Assembly (NCBI GenBank): GCA_030264375.1
Contig: JASCQW010000109.1
Coordinates: 30,413,004-30,477,003, forward strand
Length of the DNA stretch: 64,000 nucleotides
Source of the DNA: Carcharhinus longimanus
Taxonomy: Eukaryota
Direction of reading: 5' to 3'
Shown: positions 27,199-40,220 of the stretch, in pieces
Position numbering within the stretch: position 1 is the stretch's first letter
Layout: each line of letters opens with the position of its first letter
Translations under genes and position numbers: made by a program
The notes under the pieces: generated by a model
Told to the model about the DNA's origin: nothing
Seen by the model: the letters and a program-made list of their open reading frames with translations, nothing else
Database searches by the model: none

Positions 27199-28048
27199 TT
27201 TTTTTTATTTCAAAAATATACTTTATTCATAAAAAAACTCAATTAAACCATTGCAAACCTACACATCTAAACATTGCAACAGTGCAGAAAAAAAAACTTT
27301 TTATAGTCCTGAACAAAATTAGTCATTACATTTCAAAACTTAAAACTACATACATGCCTCAAATTTTACTGTGTGCCATTATTTCTCAGATTGACACACA
27401 GTTACGCAGGCCGAGGATATTCTGCACTTCCCGGTCCCTCGGTCTGCCTCCGTTAAAAGGCCTTAGAGTGTGGCCTTTCCTCATTGTGCCTTTGCGGCTG
27501 CTGCCCCAAGCTTCAGCACGTCCCACAGGACGTAGTCCTGGACCTTAGAATGTGCCAGTCTGCAACACTCGGTCGAGGACAGTGGNNNNNNNNNNTTCAA
27601 CTGGAAGATCAGCAAGTTTCAGGCGGACTAAAGTGCGTCCTTCGCCGAGTTGATGATCCTCCAGCAGCAGTTGATATTTGTCTCAGTGTGCGTCCCTGGA
27701 AACAGCCCATAGAGCAGAGTCCTGTGTCACCGAGCTGCTCAGGATGAACTTCGACAAATACCACTGCATCTCACTCCAGGCCTTCTTTGCAAAGGCACAT
27801 TCCACGAGGAGGTGTGCAACCATCTCATCAGCCCCACAGCCGCTTCGAGGGCAGCATGCGGTGATGTTGAGACCTTGAGCGTGCATAAAGGATCTGATGG
27901 GCAGTGCCCTTCTCACCACCAGCCAAGCCAGATTTTGGTGCTTGTTTGTGAGTTCTGGTGATGAGGCGTTCTGCCAGACGACAGTGACAGTCTGCTCAGG
28001 GAACCATCCGACAGGATCCGCCATCTCCTTTTCTCTCAGAGCCTCCAG
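27199..28048 (-). mobile_element. Tx1/L1-clade LINE 3' end with poly(A) and 12-bp TSD
   Basis: zf-RVT-like LAWLVVRRALPIRSF...CPRSGCGADEMVAHLLVECAFAKKAW; AATAAA plus A-tail at ~27200-27230; GGAGAAAGCCAT at 27188-27199 and 28049-28060. Confidence 0.85.
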
Positions 28049-28177
28049 GGAGAAAGCCATAACTATGGACAATGAACACAGGACAACTGTCATTATATCA
28101 CACAATTAGTTCCTGCCAGGACTGAAAGGAGCATTCACATCTCAGACAACCTTGGAGTCAGGTATCACCCATCATAG

Positions 28178-28806
28178 ATAAAAGCAAATTACTGTGGATT
28201 CTGGAATCCGAAACAAAAAGAGCAAATACTGGAAAACTTCAGCAGATCTGACATCATATGTGGCGAGAGAAGAAAGCAAACGTATTGAGTCTGGATGACT
28301 CATCAGAGTTAAAGAAAGCAGGAAATGGGATGAAATTTATATTGTCATTATAGGGGGTAGGAGGAAGGGAGATGGGTGAAGCAATAGGGACTGGATAGAC
28401 AGCCAACAACAGGTGAAGGCAAGGAGGAGATTGACAAAGATGTCATGGACAAAAAGACAAAGGGAATGTAAATGGTGGTGATCATGGCTAAGAAGGATGC
28501 GATAGTGGCACATTAAGAAAACAGAATGTGTTAATGGAGGAACAAAAGTAAGCTGTGTGTCAAAAGACAATCTGGGACAGGTAACAGATGGCTCTAATGG
28601 AGTGGGGGACATGATGGTAAGGGAACAAACGATGAAAAGCAATATAAAATAGGGGACGGGAAATGAATCAATAGAAGAAATGAAAATAAATGGGTAGAAA
28701 TAAAAATGGTGTCAAGGTGGAGGAGAGAATTCACAGTCAGACGTTGTTGAACTCAGTGTTAAGTCCAGAAGGTTGTAATGTGCCTGATCAGAAGATGAGG
28801 TACTGT
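28178..28806 (-). mobile_element. Penelope-like element 3' end (GIY-YIG C-terminus, 3' repeat with degenerate hammerhead)
   Basis: QYLIF*SGTLQPSGLNTEFNN at 28806-28742; CTGAT-GAGTC-ATCCA-GACTC at 28306-28287; terminal TTTCGGATTCCAGAATCCACAGTAATTTGCTTT. Confidence 0.7.
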
Positions 28807-29130
28807 CAGCATAAAGAGGGGATAATGTTGTTTTGTGTTGTGTAAACAGCAGAAGAATGGACTATCTCGAGACAATCCTGTCTAGACCAGACCAAGGTAA
28901 GGAATTGCTAAGCATTAATGGCAACAGTATTTCTGTTTGTGATACTGTGATATGAATCATCATCAAAGTGGGTGACATCAGAGCAGGGACACTGCAGTCA
29001 GGAGAAGAAGTACAGAAACTGGCCATCTCCAGATTTAAGTCCACACTGATATTGATCAGATGTGTGGGTACTGTGAGTTTCAGTCAAACCGTAAAGGGGT
29101 TTGTGTTGTGAGGTTTTTTGTGTGATTGTA

Positions 29131-30043
29131 AGAGAGATGTGAGCATGCGTGTGAATGTGAGATAGATGTGAGTATGCGTGTGAATATGAGAGATGTGAGT
29201 ATGCGTGAGAATGTGAGAGAGATGTGAGCATGTGTGTGAATGTGAGAGAGATGTGAGCATGTGTGTGAATGTGAGAGAGATGTAAGCATGTGTGTGAATG
29301 TGAGAGAGATGTGAGTATGCGTGTGAATGTGAGAGAGATGTGAACATGTGTGTGAATGTGAGAGAGATGTGAACATGTATGTGAATGTGAGAGAGATGTG
29401 AGCATGCATGCGAATGTGAGAGAGATGTAAGCATGTGTGTGAATGTGAGAGAGATGGGAGCATGTGTGTGAATGTGAGAGAGATGTGAGTGTGCATGTGA
29501 ATGTGAGAGAGACATTTTAAGTTTACTTATTAGTGTCACAGTAGGCTTATGTTAACACTGCAATGAAGTTACTGTAAAAATCCCCTAGTCATCACACTCG
29601 GGCACCTATTCGGGTACATTGAGGGAGAATTTATCATGGCCAATGCACGTAACCAGCACATCTTTTAGGCTCTGGGAGGAAACTGGAGCACCCAAAGGAA
29701 ACTGATGCAGACATGGGGAAAATGTGCAAACTTCACACAGACAGTCCCCCAAGCTAGGAATTGAATCTGGGTCCCCACTACTGTGAGGCAGCAGTACTAA
29801 CCACTGTGCTACTGTGATGCCATGAGAGTGTGTGTGAATATGACAGAGAGGGACGTGTGTGTGTGTGTGAATGTGAGATAGAGGACCTAAGTGTGTGTGT
29901 ATTAATGTGAGAGAGACGTGAGCGTGTGTGTGAATGTGAGAGGGAGATGAGTGTGTGTGTGAATGCGAAAGGGAGAGATGTGAGCATATATGTTAATATG
30001 AGAGAGATGTGAGTGTGTGTGTGAATGTCAGATAGAGAGATGA
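29131..30043. repeat. 29-bp minisatellite (GATGTGAGCATGTGTGTGAATGTGAGAGA) split by a SINE
   Basis: Period 29 (units at 29221, 29250, 29279...); ~13 regular units to 29513, degenerate units 29823-30043. Confidence 0.9.
29514..29822 (-). mobile_element. tRNA-SINE, alternative-tail subtype, full length
   Basis: tRNA head at 29822 through to tail ...GCCTACTGTGACACTAATAAGTAAACTTAAA. Confidence 0.85.
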
Positions 30044-30295
30044 GGCCAAAAGTACTGTGCTCCGTACTGGGAGATCAAATGTAGTGTGTACAACACCAGG
30101 AAAACCAAATATAGTGTGCTCTACACTGGGAGACTGAATAATCATTTTTCAAAACACCTGTCTATAAATGTGACCCCAAGCATCGATCGTCTGTCAGTCC
30201 AATTCTTTACCTTCCTCTTACATTGATCTTTCTGTCCTTAACCTTGGGCATTGTTACCTTAAAGATCAACACAAATTTGAGTAAGAGCACTTCAT

Positions 30296-30420
30296 TGCTG
30301 AAATTCTACCACCATTTCTATCACTGGAATCGGAGCGGGCAAGAGCAGGACATGGAAAGATCCATTGACCCCAGGTGGGATTTTATGGTTTCGCGATGAG
30401 CAAAATTGTAAAATCTGTCC
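30296..30420 (-). mobile_element. MITE, inverted homolog of 9283-9411
   Basis: Reverse complement shares ATCCCACCTGGGGTCAATGGATCTTTCCAT...TGCTCTTGCCCGCTCCGATTCC. Confidence 0.6.
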
Positions 30421-30424
30421 AAGT

Positions 30425-31047
30425 TGCACACTGCACAGCGTACTGGATTCAACATGGAATTCATCAATTTCAGAATCTAATCTATGTCCCCATTTTAGTT
30501 CCTTTCTCTTTCATTTCAGTCTCATTTCTTTCTTTGGTTTAGCACTTTAGGACAGCAATCGTTCATCATTTTGCCAATGACATTGCTTCTCGACAAATGG
30601 TGGGCTAGGTTTTATGCTCCCCCTACCCTCACCAACAGCCGGGAGGGAACCTAAAATTTGGTGTGTGGTTTCCTGCCACCTTTNNNNNNNNNNNNNNNNN
30701 NNNNNNNNNNNNNNNNNNNNNNNNNNNNNNNGTTCACAAACTGTCTTCCATTTTACTGGGGTTGCAGGGATTGGGTAGTCTGCCAGCCCTTGGACCTATT
30801 GAGATCCTTATGTTGTCAATTAATGGCCTCTATTGTTATTTTACCTATGGCAGGGGAAGGCCATTGCCAAGTGGGTAGCCCTATAGCTTTTACTGTGCAG
30901 GCTGGTGTTGGGTAAAGTAGGTGGGTAACCTTGTTTGGGAGTTCCCTGAGGCCATTGGAGGTGACCCCCTTAACCCCAATGTCATACCCTCCCTTTAGCA
31001 TTTTGTTTTAATTTCAGATTTCCAGCATTGACAGCGCTTGCTTATTA
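30425..31047 (+). mobile_element. Penelope-like 3' fragment interrupted by another insertion (30600-31000)
   Basis: TGFNMEFINFR motif near 30445; terminal TTTCAGATTTCCAGCA at ~31011-31026. Confidence 0.45.
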
Positions 31048-34000
31048 ACTAGACCTGAATTTACCCTGATCCAAGTCCATAATCACAGGAACCTCCATTA
31101 AACTTGGTGAAAAACTCCTTTTGTTTCAACAATGTATCAAACTATATTGTCTTGTGAAGGTAGAAATGTGGAATCTGGGAAAAGCTGACGGACAGCTTCA
31201 AAAAGCTGACAGCTCTAAACATATCCTTGGGATTATATAGCCATACTATACAGGCTGATCATAAATTACTGATAACAACACTTCGTTATTTGAATATTGT
31301 CAGATTGTGGCACAAAATGTAGGAATTTTCCTTCATTTCTTCCATTTATCATGGACACATGTTGGTGCTCTGCATTACGACCTTTAAGTGTTAAGTTTAA
31401 AATGATTGTGGACAGATGTTTGTGTGTTGCATTGTGACATCTAAGTGTTAAGTTTAAAACTGATGTACAGTTGTCACAATGATGGAGAATTCACACTGTC
31501 CCAGTATCCCCCCCCCCCCACCCCGGCTTCCCACCACCNNNNNNNNNNNNNNNNNNNNNNNNNNNNNNNNNNNNNNNNNNNNNNNNNNNNNNNNNNNNNN
31601 NNNNNNNNNNNNNNNNNNNNNNNNNNNNNNNNNNNNNNNNNNNNNNNNNNNNNNNNNNNNNNNNNNNNNNNNNNNNNNNNNNNNNNNNNNNNNNNNNNNN
31701 NNNNNNNNNNNNNNNNNNNNNNNNNNNNNNNNNNNNNNNNNNNNNNNNNNNNNNNNNNNNNNNNNNNNNGATCACCTGCTGCACCTGCAAGCTGGGTTTT
31801 TGCGACTCATGCACAAGGACCCCAAGGTCCCTCTGCACCGTCGCATACAAAGGGCGGGAAGGAATTCCTGATGGAGATGCAAAGCTATTGTGGGAATTCC
31901 TGCCCATAGCATACAGTAACATTTAAAGTGCTGACTGTCAGCGTCAAATGTGGATAGTTTGACAATATATGAAAACGATCACTGTATGAGGAATTACAAT
32001 TCCAAGAATAGTCAAATAAAATAAGACTCAGCAATAAACGGTGCAGTGAAAAGTTATTTCTGCTATTCTGCTGTGAATTACTGATATTGGAATACATCAT
32101 TGTGATAAACTGATCATTTGTTCTGCAGGAATAAACCAACCCACAAGGTGCTATAAGAGACCTGAACCCAGAATGGCCAGCAGGTGGCACTTCCCACAAC
32201 ACAATCATGCAAGCAAGTGGCAGGTGCATTATTCCTGAAACAGTGACCTGAGAGTCCTGTGAAGATTATTTTAGATTGAATTTTGAACAGATTAAACCAG
32301 GGGTAGACTGCACTCCTTCCCTCCCCCTTCCCCCACCCCCACTCTGAAAAGGAGCAGAATTCTTCAGGGCTATTTTTGTTAAAGAGCAGGATAACAGGGG
32401 GATGCAGATGGAACAGCCATAAACAACACTGTGGAACTGTTTATGCAGGTACTTGCAATAACTCAGGAAGCCTGACTGGAAAGTGTACAATCCAGGGTAG
32501 GATGGCTATATGGGAGGTTGGCAGAGTTGTTGAGTACTGTGATAACCCCAATGAGTTCCATGGGGAATCTCTAACTGATCTCCACATGGGGTTCATTGAA
32601 TGCGAGTTCCCTTGGTAACAGGCAATGGTCTGTCCAGGTGGAATTCATCACCTGAGCCCTGTATAAGCATTGGTGGTGGTTTCGAGGTGGCTGGGTACTA
32701 TCAAAAATTTCAAACAACACAAGATTCACAAAGCCAGTTTCTCAGTTTAAAGACGTAACCTTTATTTTGACTAGCACCTGCTAAGAGTGCTGGTCAAAAC
32801 GGTTGGGGCAGCTCCCAATGAGCTAGACCTCTCCAATGAGTTCTGTTGTATACAATTCAAAACAGATCAATTATAGACCTTTCATGAGCTTTAAATCAAT
32901 CATCTTCAATATACATAAATCAACAACAATACCTATCATATACTTTAGCTAATCACATCTTACCCTCTGGCATAATGGCATTTCATTAGTCCTTAGAATG
33001 CTTCCTCCCATTTTAGACAACTTAGCTTCCTCTGTTGCCTAGTAACCACAGGCTCTAGCCACAAAGTTGAAAGTTTCCCTACAGGTCACTAACAAACCAG
33101 TTTAACACCTGATTCCATGTCTGGGCATGCATTCATCTTACCTTGAGGCTGTAATATTCCTTACGTGATGTAGAAATACAATCTAACTCTAACCTGGTGT
33201 TGTGAGACTTCTTACTGTATTCCTGACAGCCAGGTGGTGAAGGAGACCAGAAATCAACGTTTACTCAGTTCAGGATTCAGAGTACAAAACTAGATCTACA
33301 TGGTCATCGGAAATATCTCACCTCACTCAAGTATAGAAGATAGCAAGCTTTCTTGTGAGATTTACCATAATATTGCCTTAGGTTCTTCATAGAAAACAGT
33401 AAATAAGGAATACCTCTTTAAATGTATTTGCATGCAGTGAATTTGCAAATACTCCAAGAGTTGCATGTCTGTCATTACTGCAAACGGAGAGGCCTTGCTT
33501 TCTTTCTCAGTACAATTATTTTGTGTTCTTCTCTTTTCCTTTCCTTGCAGGTTTCTCTCTGTTACACATGACACCCTTGATAAATGGGCAGGTAGTCAAC
33601 ATGCTCAATGGCATTAAGCAATTGCCTTTGGATGGATGAGGGAAGCTTCAGGTTTGTGAAATTCTGAGCAAGCTTCCCTCCTGCTGAGCATCTCTTAATG
33701 TTGGCACAGCCTAAACCAGGGAATTAAAATGAAAGTAATCTCTGCCGTGTGAGTCATTCAGAAATCAGCACAAATGGGTTGGTTTGGACTTTGGATGAAA
33801 TCTAATCAGCCACAATTCTCCAGAAGTTAATTAATGTCACTTGAAAAATGGCCCAAAGTAATTTCGACACATAACATTTGGTTCCGAGGACTGTTCTTTA
33901 TTGATGAGCCAAGACGTTGAGGGCTGAGCTTTATTGCAAGCTTTGTCACCCTGGCGTCAGTCCGGTCAAGAAGTGAGCTTTGAGCTTGTTGTTGCTGGCA

Positions 34001-36297
34001 ACAGTATTGCTCAGTGACTTTACTGCAGGCAGATCTTAATTTGTTGCCTGTGAGCTTGCTATCAATTCAGGATGGTTGCAGACCCAAACAATGGTCCAGC
34101 ACCTCTGAGTCTCAGCAGAATTACTGAAGTGTCAGTCCCAGATTCGGGGCAGGTGAGGCTCGCAGAATCACATTATCCGTTGGCCTCGGGTGGGATCTTA
34201 CGAGCCTTGGACAGGCAAGACGGTAAAACTCCAACAATAATGTTTCACTCTGTGAATACATCCAGAACTGAGTAAAGATCAGCTTTTGGTTTCCTACTTC
34301 ACCAACTGGCTGTCAGCCATTTAACAGCCTCAAGTTTATGGCAGATAATTGTTAAAAACATGAAAAATTAAGGGGTCAAGAGTCAGAGTGATTAAGTCAT
34401 TCAGGAAGGTCTTTGAGGTCGCAGGGGCTAACTTCTCTGATAGCAGCTCCATGAAATGGTGTTAAATAGAAAGTAAAGTTTGCAAATTGGGTTATCCCAT
34501 TTCCTTAGAGCAGGCAGCTTCTCCATAGTCAGTCCTGCCATTGGGAAAATGCCCCAGTGTTCGGACTGCATCAGGGATCTGTTCTAATGCAGCTCCTCAC
34601 TATTTTACCCAGTCTGTCAGTCTGGTATTTGACTAAAGGGAGTGTCATAGCCCAAAACTGATCCTCACTCAAAATCCACACATGCATTTCCGAAAGAGGT
34701 CACTAGATAATATTTATGAATGGGAATGTTGGCCAACATCCTGCTCCCTTCATTTGTGGCTCTGAAGGCAATCACACTAAGATCTGTTATCTCAGCACAA
34801 GACAAGGATTGAAGCTGGTCAGGATCACTGTGAAGAGACTGGGAGGAAACAAATTCCAGGATCTTCTTTGCCAATGCTATCACCCACTCAGCTGAAGTAT
34901 CAGGGAGCTTTTTTTTTAAGCCAATCAGAAACATCTTGGCCTCTTGGTTATAATTCAATTGATATCAATTCAGCACTGTTGATTGTTCTGTCAGCACTCA
35001 GCAAAAAACTCACAGTAGTTCGAAATCACTGTGCACGTGAGGAGCTTTATCAACCACATTCCAGCCTAATGTGCTCATATCACCATCAAATATTGGCAGA
35101 ACTGCATCACCAAGCGCAGTATGATAGAACTAATAGAGAGGATGTAGGAATAGTCTGTGGGAAAGACAGAAAGAACAGAGATTGTTCTTGAGGTCAGGCA
35201 CTAATGTATACCACAGTGCAGAATAGGGTCCATTTACACCACAATTTTGTATTAATACCGAAACACTTGTGCCATGTTGAAACAACACCACAAGGGGTGG
35301 CACAGTGTGTGGGTGGGGGGAGGGGGTGACGGCATTGTGGCACAGTGGTTAGCACTGCTGTTTCACAGCGCTGGGACCCCAGGTTCGANNNNNNNNNNNN
35401 NNNNNNNNNNNNNNNNNNNNNNNNNNNNNNNNNNNNNNNNNNNNNNNNNNNNNNNNNNNNNNNNNNNNNNNNNNNNNNNNNNNNNNNNNNNNNNNNNNNN
35501 NNNNNNNNNNNNNNNNNNNNNNNNNNNNNNNNNNNNNNNNNNNNNNNNNNNNNNNNNNNNNNNNNNNNNNNNNNNNNNNNNNNNNNNNNNNNNNNNNNNN
35601 NNNNNNNNNNNNNNNNNNNNNNNNNNNNNNNNNNNNNNNNNNNNNNNNNNNNNNNNNNNNNNNNNNNNNNNNNNNNNNNNNNNNNNNNNNNNNNNNNNNN
35701 NNNNNNNNNNNNNNNNNNNNNNNNNNNNNNNNNNNNNNNNNNNNNNNNNNNNNNNNNNNNNNNNNNNNNNNNNNNNNNNNNNNNNNNNNNNNNNNGAATG
35801 ATGCTTTAACTGTTGGAAGAGGAAGTCACATAGAGAAGTGTACCTGTGTTTGATGAGAGCTTCCCCACCCACTGCCACCTCCAGACAAGCAGGAGACAAG
35901 TAGTGTAAACAGGACTCTAACTGGCTAGAACTCATACTGCAGCTATCGAGTTGGAAAAATATGATTGCAGATTTAATGTTGCAGCAACTGGTCTGTGACT
36001 GATGTACAGAATACAAAGTACAACTGGTCAAACCTGCTGCAAAGTAGACATTTAACAGCTAAGGGGGAACTTGGAACTAGTGCACTCATGCACACATATA
36101 GCATGTTACAGCACTAGAGCAGCATTTAAACCATTGGGCCATTTTGAGACTAAGTGCTTTCACCAGTTGTGGCTGATTCAGTGCAGCCAGGAATCACCTG
36201 AATGAGCAAAAAGCGGGAGCAGATTAAAAGCACTTCCTGTACACCCAGCAGTCACATTGCCAAGGAAGATGGTTGGAAGAACACCAGCCCTGTGTGA

Positions 36298-36635
36298 GAT
36301 AGTCAATATCTTTTCCCAAAGGTAGGGGAGTCTAAAACTAGAGAGGATAAATTTAAGGTGAGAGGGGAGAGATACAAAAGTGTTCAGAGGGGCAAATTCT
36401 TCACACAGAGGGTAGTGAGTGTCTGGAACAAGCTGCCAGAGGTAGTAGTAGAGATGGATACAACTTTGTCTTTTAAAAAGTGTTTAGATAGTTACATGGG
36501 CAAGATGGGTATGGATATGGTCCAAATGCGGGCAATTGAGATTAGCTTAGGGGTTTAAAAAAAAGGGCAGCATGGACAAGTTGAGCTGAAGGGCCTGTTT
36601 TCATGCTGTAGATCTCTATGACTCCATGACTCTAA
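36298..36635 (+). mobile_element. CR1 LINE 3' end
   Basis: RGERYKSVQRGKFFTQRVVSVWNKLPEVVV; near copy of 13100-13435. Confidence 0.85.
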
Positions 36636-36709
36636 CCCCTGATGTGGCCCAGCAGCTCTTCAAAATATCAGAACTTCCTGTAGACTGGGGGACTATGGTC
36701 TCGCTGTCT

Positions 36710-37030
36710 TCATAGAATCCCTACAGCGCAGAAGGAGGCCATTCAGCCCATCAGGTTTGCACCCACAACAAGCCCACCCAGGCCCTATCCCCGAAACCCC
36801 ACATATTTACCCTGCTATTCCCTCTAACATACACATTCTGGGACACTAAGGAGAAATTTAGCATGGCCAATCAATCTAACCCGCATATCTTTGAACTATA
36901 GGAGGAAACCGGAGCACCCGGAGGAAACCCACACAGACATGGGGACAACGTGCAAACTCCATTCCAGGAATTGAACCCAGGTCCCTGGAGCTGTGAGGCA
37001 ACAGTGCTAACCACTGTGCCACTGTGATGT
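36710..37030 (-). mobile_element. HE1-type tRNA SINE
   Basis: Full head, central domain and CR1-type tail. Confidence 0.85.
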
Positions 37031-38011
37031 CTTCTTGCCGCCTCCTCAGCCTTTCTACGATTGGCACCGAAGCTGACTTCTCATTTTTGGGCTCCGGCTC
37101 CTGTGATGCAGGGTCATGCCTGGGTTAGCACTAACACTCTTGCAAGCTCCTGCCTGCCTCAGTGCCAACATGATGTGGGTATGCCGGCGTTNNNNNNNNN
37201 NNNNNNNNNNNNNNNNNNNNNNNNNNNNNNNNNNNNNNNNNNNNNNNNNNNNNNNNNNNNNNNNNNNNNNNNNNNNNNNNNNNNNNNNNNNAGCTTGTGA
37301 GAATATTATCAAATAAATAGGTTGGACTAAAACCTGGTGTTGTCAGACTTTTTCAGTGCCAACAATCAGAGCCATCACTATCTGGAATGGCTCCAAACCA
37401 AAATCCATCCTCAGTCTGTGAGTACAAAGAAAAGAGAGAGCGGGAGAAATGCTGTTCACAACGTTATCCATTTTTGCACTTGAGCACATCCCTCCCACCT
37501 CCTTCCAATCCCTATATTCAACAGCTGGACAACCCTTAACATCTGCCCCACCCCCTCACCCACCTGTGCAATCATGTATTACTGTAGCTGCTGTCCACAC
37601 CACCCAGCTTGCATAGTGAGGCCTTTGCTCCTTGTGTCCTCTTCTTCTGTTATAGCCTCCGGTCCCCATCAGCCCTCTCTTTACAGCACTTATGGAATAC
37701 TTTTGGATGTGCTGAAAGGGGTGAAGTCTGAAGATTCCCTTCAATAGGAGATGTGAACCTTTGAGGGAAGCTATGCTGCACCAAGTGACACTGGTACAAG
37801 TTTCAGTTTGAGCTTCCATCATGTTCCTTGATGAGACCCAGCAAGTTTCCGGCAGTGTTAATGTCATCCAGTAGGATAAGGATGAGGCAGACAAAGGCAA
37901 TGGAGATTCATTTTTTACGGAGTTTCCCTTATATGTTTCAGCACTGCAGCTGTTTCTGTAACATGGGTTATCTGGCACCACTTTTTCAGCTGCTAGTGGG
38001 GTGCCTGATCC

Positions 38012-38313
38012 TTATTTATTTATTATTGACACAGGTAGGCTTACATTAATACCGCAATGATGTTACTGTGAAAATCCCCTAGTCGCCACATTCCTGCACC
38101 TATTTGGGTACACCGAAGGAGAATTTAGTATGGCCAATGTACCTGACCAGCACGTCTTTTGCACTGTGGGAGGAAATCGGAGCACCCGGAGGAAACCCAC
38201 GCGGATGCAGGGAGAACATGCAGACTCCATACAGACAGTGATCCATGCTTGGAATTGAACCTGGGTCCTGACACTGTGAGGAAGCATTGCTACCCACTGT
38301 GCCACCTTGCTGC
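38012..38313 (-). mobile_element. tRNA-SINE, alternative-tail subtype
   Basis: Head plus tail ...GTAAGCCTACCTGTGTCAATAATAAATAAATAA. Confidence 0.85.
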
Positions 38314-38723
38314 CACTTTTCTGATTCCTCTCCCTCATCTGGTGTGGGACTGTCAATAAAGGGAGTTCCATGAGGTGTGCCAATGTCCAGTGCTCATGTA
38401 GGGTTTGAAGGGAAGGAGGTCCTGGGTCAGTGACACTTGCTGTCTGCAAAGGGAGTTAAGACAGGGCTGGCCTGAGTTGTAGGCTTCTGCATGAGGACAG
38501 GATGATACCAGACTGTGAGAAGTTAACAGGAGTAGGTATGCAGGAGTCCATACGTCCTCGGTGTATGTGATTCCCATGAGCCAGAAGGACAGAGCTGAGA
38601 TCAGACATAGAGAGGAACTCTCACGTTTGACATTCAGGTGCCTAAAACTCATATGGATTAGGTTAGCTGCAACACTTTTATAAGTCAATGGAAGCAAGAC
38701 TTCCTCCACCCAGGGGATTCCAG

Positions 38724-38787
38724 CCACCACCACCACCACCACCACCACCACCCCTGCCACCCACCCCCATCCCACCCCCATCCCCAA
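38724..38787. repeat. (CAC)n microsatellite and C-rich tract
   Basis: About 9 CCA/CAC units followed by CCCCAT repeats. Confidence 0.85.
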
Positions 38788-39429
38788 CCTGGTGTCACAC
38801 CCTTCCCTCCAATTTGAACCACAGTTGCCTGCATTGAGTCAGACATGTCCCCCACAAGCAAGACAAGAATGTTTAAAAATAAACACCTTCTTGCTCCACC
38901 TTGGATACCTTGCCATCAGGTCCCTACTTTCCAAGAGTAACACCCTCGAGACCTTTGGTGAGTAAATGTCACTTGGCTGCTGCATCTGGGGTCAGTCCCA
39001 CTAATGACATTCAAATGACTGTATTTGCATAATTATCAGGTTTCCACCCGCTCTCATCTGGGTGGGAACCTGGTGGAATGATGGAGCAGGGAGTGTAAAT
39101 CCCGAGAGCCCTCAAGTCTGTCCGGAATCCTGATTTTTCGGCTGACATCCGTCCNNNNNNNNNNGGGATTCCAGCGCATTGTCTGAAGAGATTGGAGGAT
39201 CATCCCCATTAAGTCAGAACTGGTATCTTTGTTCACATGATCTCACTCTCCTTTTTGTCCATGAAATTTAATGTTCTTCTTTTCAAGTAACAATCTAATC
39301 CTGCTTCTGTTTATGTTATTTTAAAGTCTAACTTTCATTGACAAGAGCGTTTTTCAAACATTTTCTTTAAATCTTTTTGTGATTATTTTAAATTTTCACT
39401 GTCTCACGTATTGTTAGAAATAATCTTTT

Positions 39430-40220
39430 TTAATTTAAAAAAATTCATTTATGGAATGTGGGCATTGCTGGCTGGCCAGCATTCATTGTCCATCCCTAGT
39501 TGCTCTTGTGTGGTGAGCTGCCTTCTTAAACTGCTGCAGTCCCTGAGGTGTGGGTACACATATAGTGCTGGTAGAGAGGGACTGCCAGGATTTTGACCCA
39601 GTGACAGTGAAGGAACAGTGATAAATTTCCAAGTCAGGATAGTGATTGACTTGGAGGGGAACCTCCAGGTGGGAGGCGTTCCCGGGTATCTGCTGCTCTT
39701 ATCCTTCGAAATGGTAGTGGTTGTGCATTAGGCACTAAAGGGATCAAGGGATATGGCGGGGGGAAAGGGGAGACCAGGATATTGAATTCAAATATCAGCC
39801 ATGATCAAAATGAATGACAGAGCACGCTCGAAGGGCTGAATGGCCTAGTCCTGCTTCTAGTTACTACTTGGAAGGTGCTACCTAAGGAGCTTGTTGAATT
39901 CCTACAGTGCCTCTCGTAGATGGTACACATGGCTACCACTGCTCATTGGTGGTGGAGGGATATAATGTTTGGGAGGAATAAGAGGGAAGCAGGCTGCTTT
40001 GTCCTGGATGGTATCAAGCTTCTTGTCGGAACTGCAGTCATCCAGGCAAGGGCAGAGTATTCCAACATGCTCCTGGCATTGCTTTGCAGACGGTGGACCG
40101 GTTTTGGGGAATCTGGAGGTGAGTTACTCANNNNNNNNNNNNNNNNNNNNNNNNNNNNNNNNNNNNNNCCATACTTTATGGCTGGTCCAGTTCAGTTTCT
40201 GTCCAACCCTCAGGATGTTT
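39430..40220 (-). mobile_element. Old CR1/L2-group LINE 3' fragment with a CR1 3' tail inserted at ~39730-39865
   Basis: Homologous to 18470-18710 and 19170-19400. Confidence 0.6.

Noticed and set aside
28998-29539. 135-151 aa His/Thr/Ser-rich ORFs
   Set aside because: Translations of the 29-bp minisatellite in all three frames; no splice or codon evidence.
35330-35388. tRNA genes (A/B-box sequences here and at other SINE heads)
   Set aside because: All are heads of the repeated tRNA-derived SINE; no complete cloverleaf.
35797-36000. Harbinger Myb/SANT accessory protein remnant (LLEEEVT*R)
   Set aside because: Similarity is too short and degenerate to call by eye.
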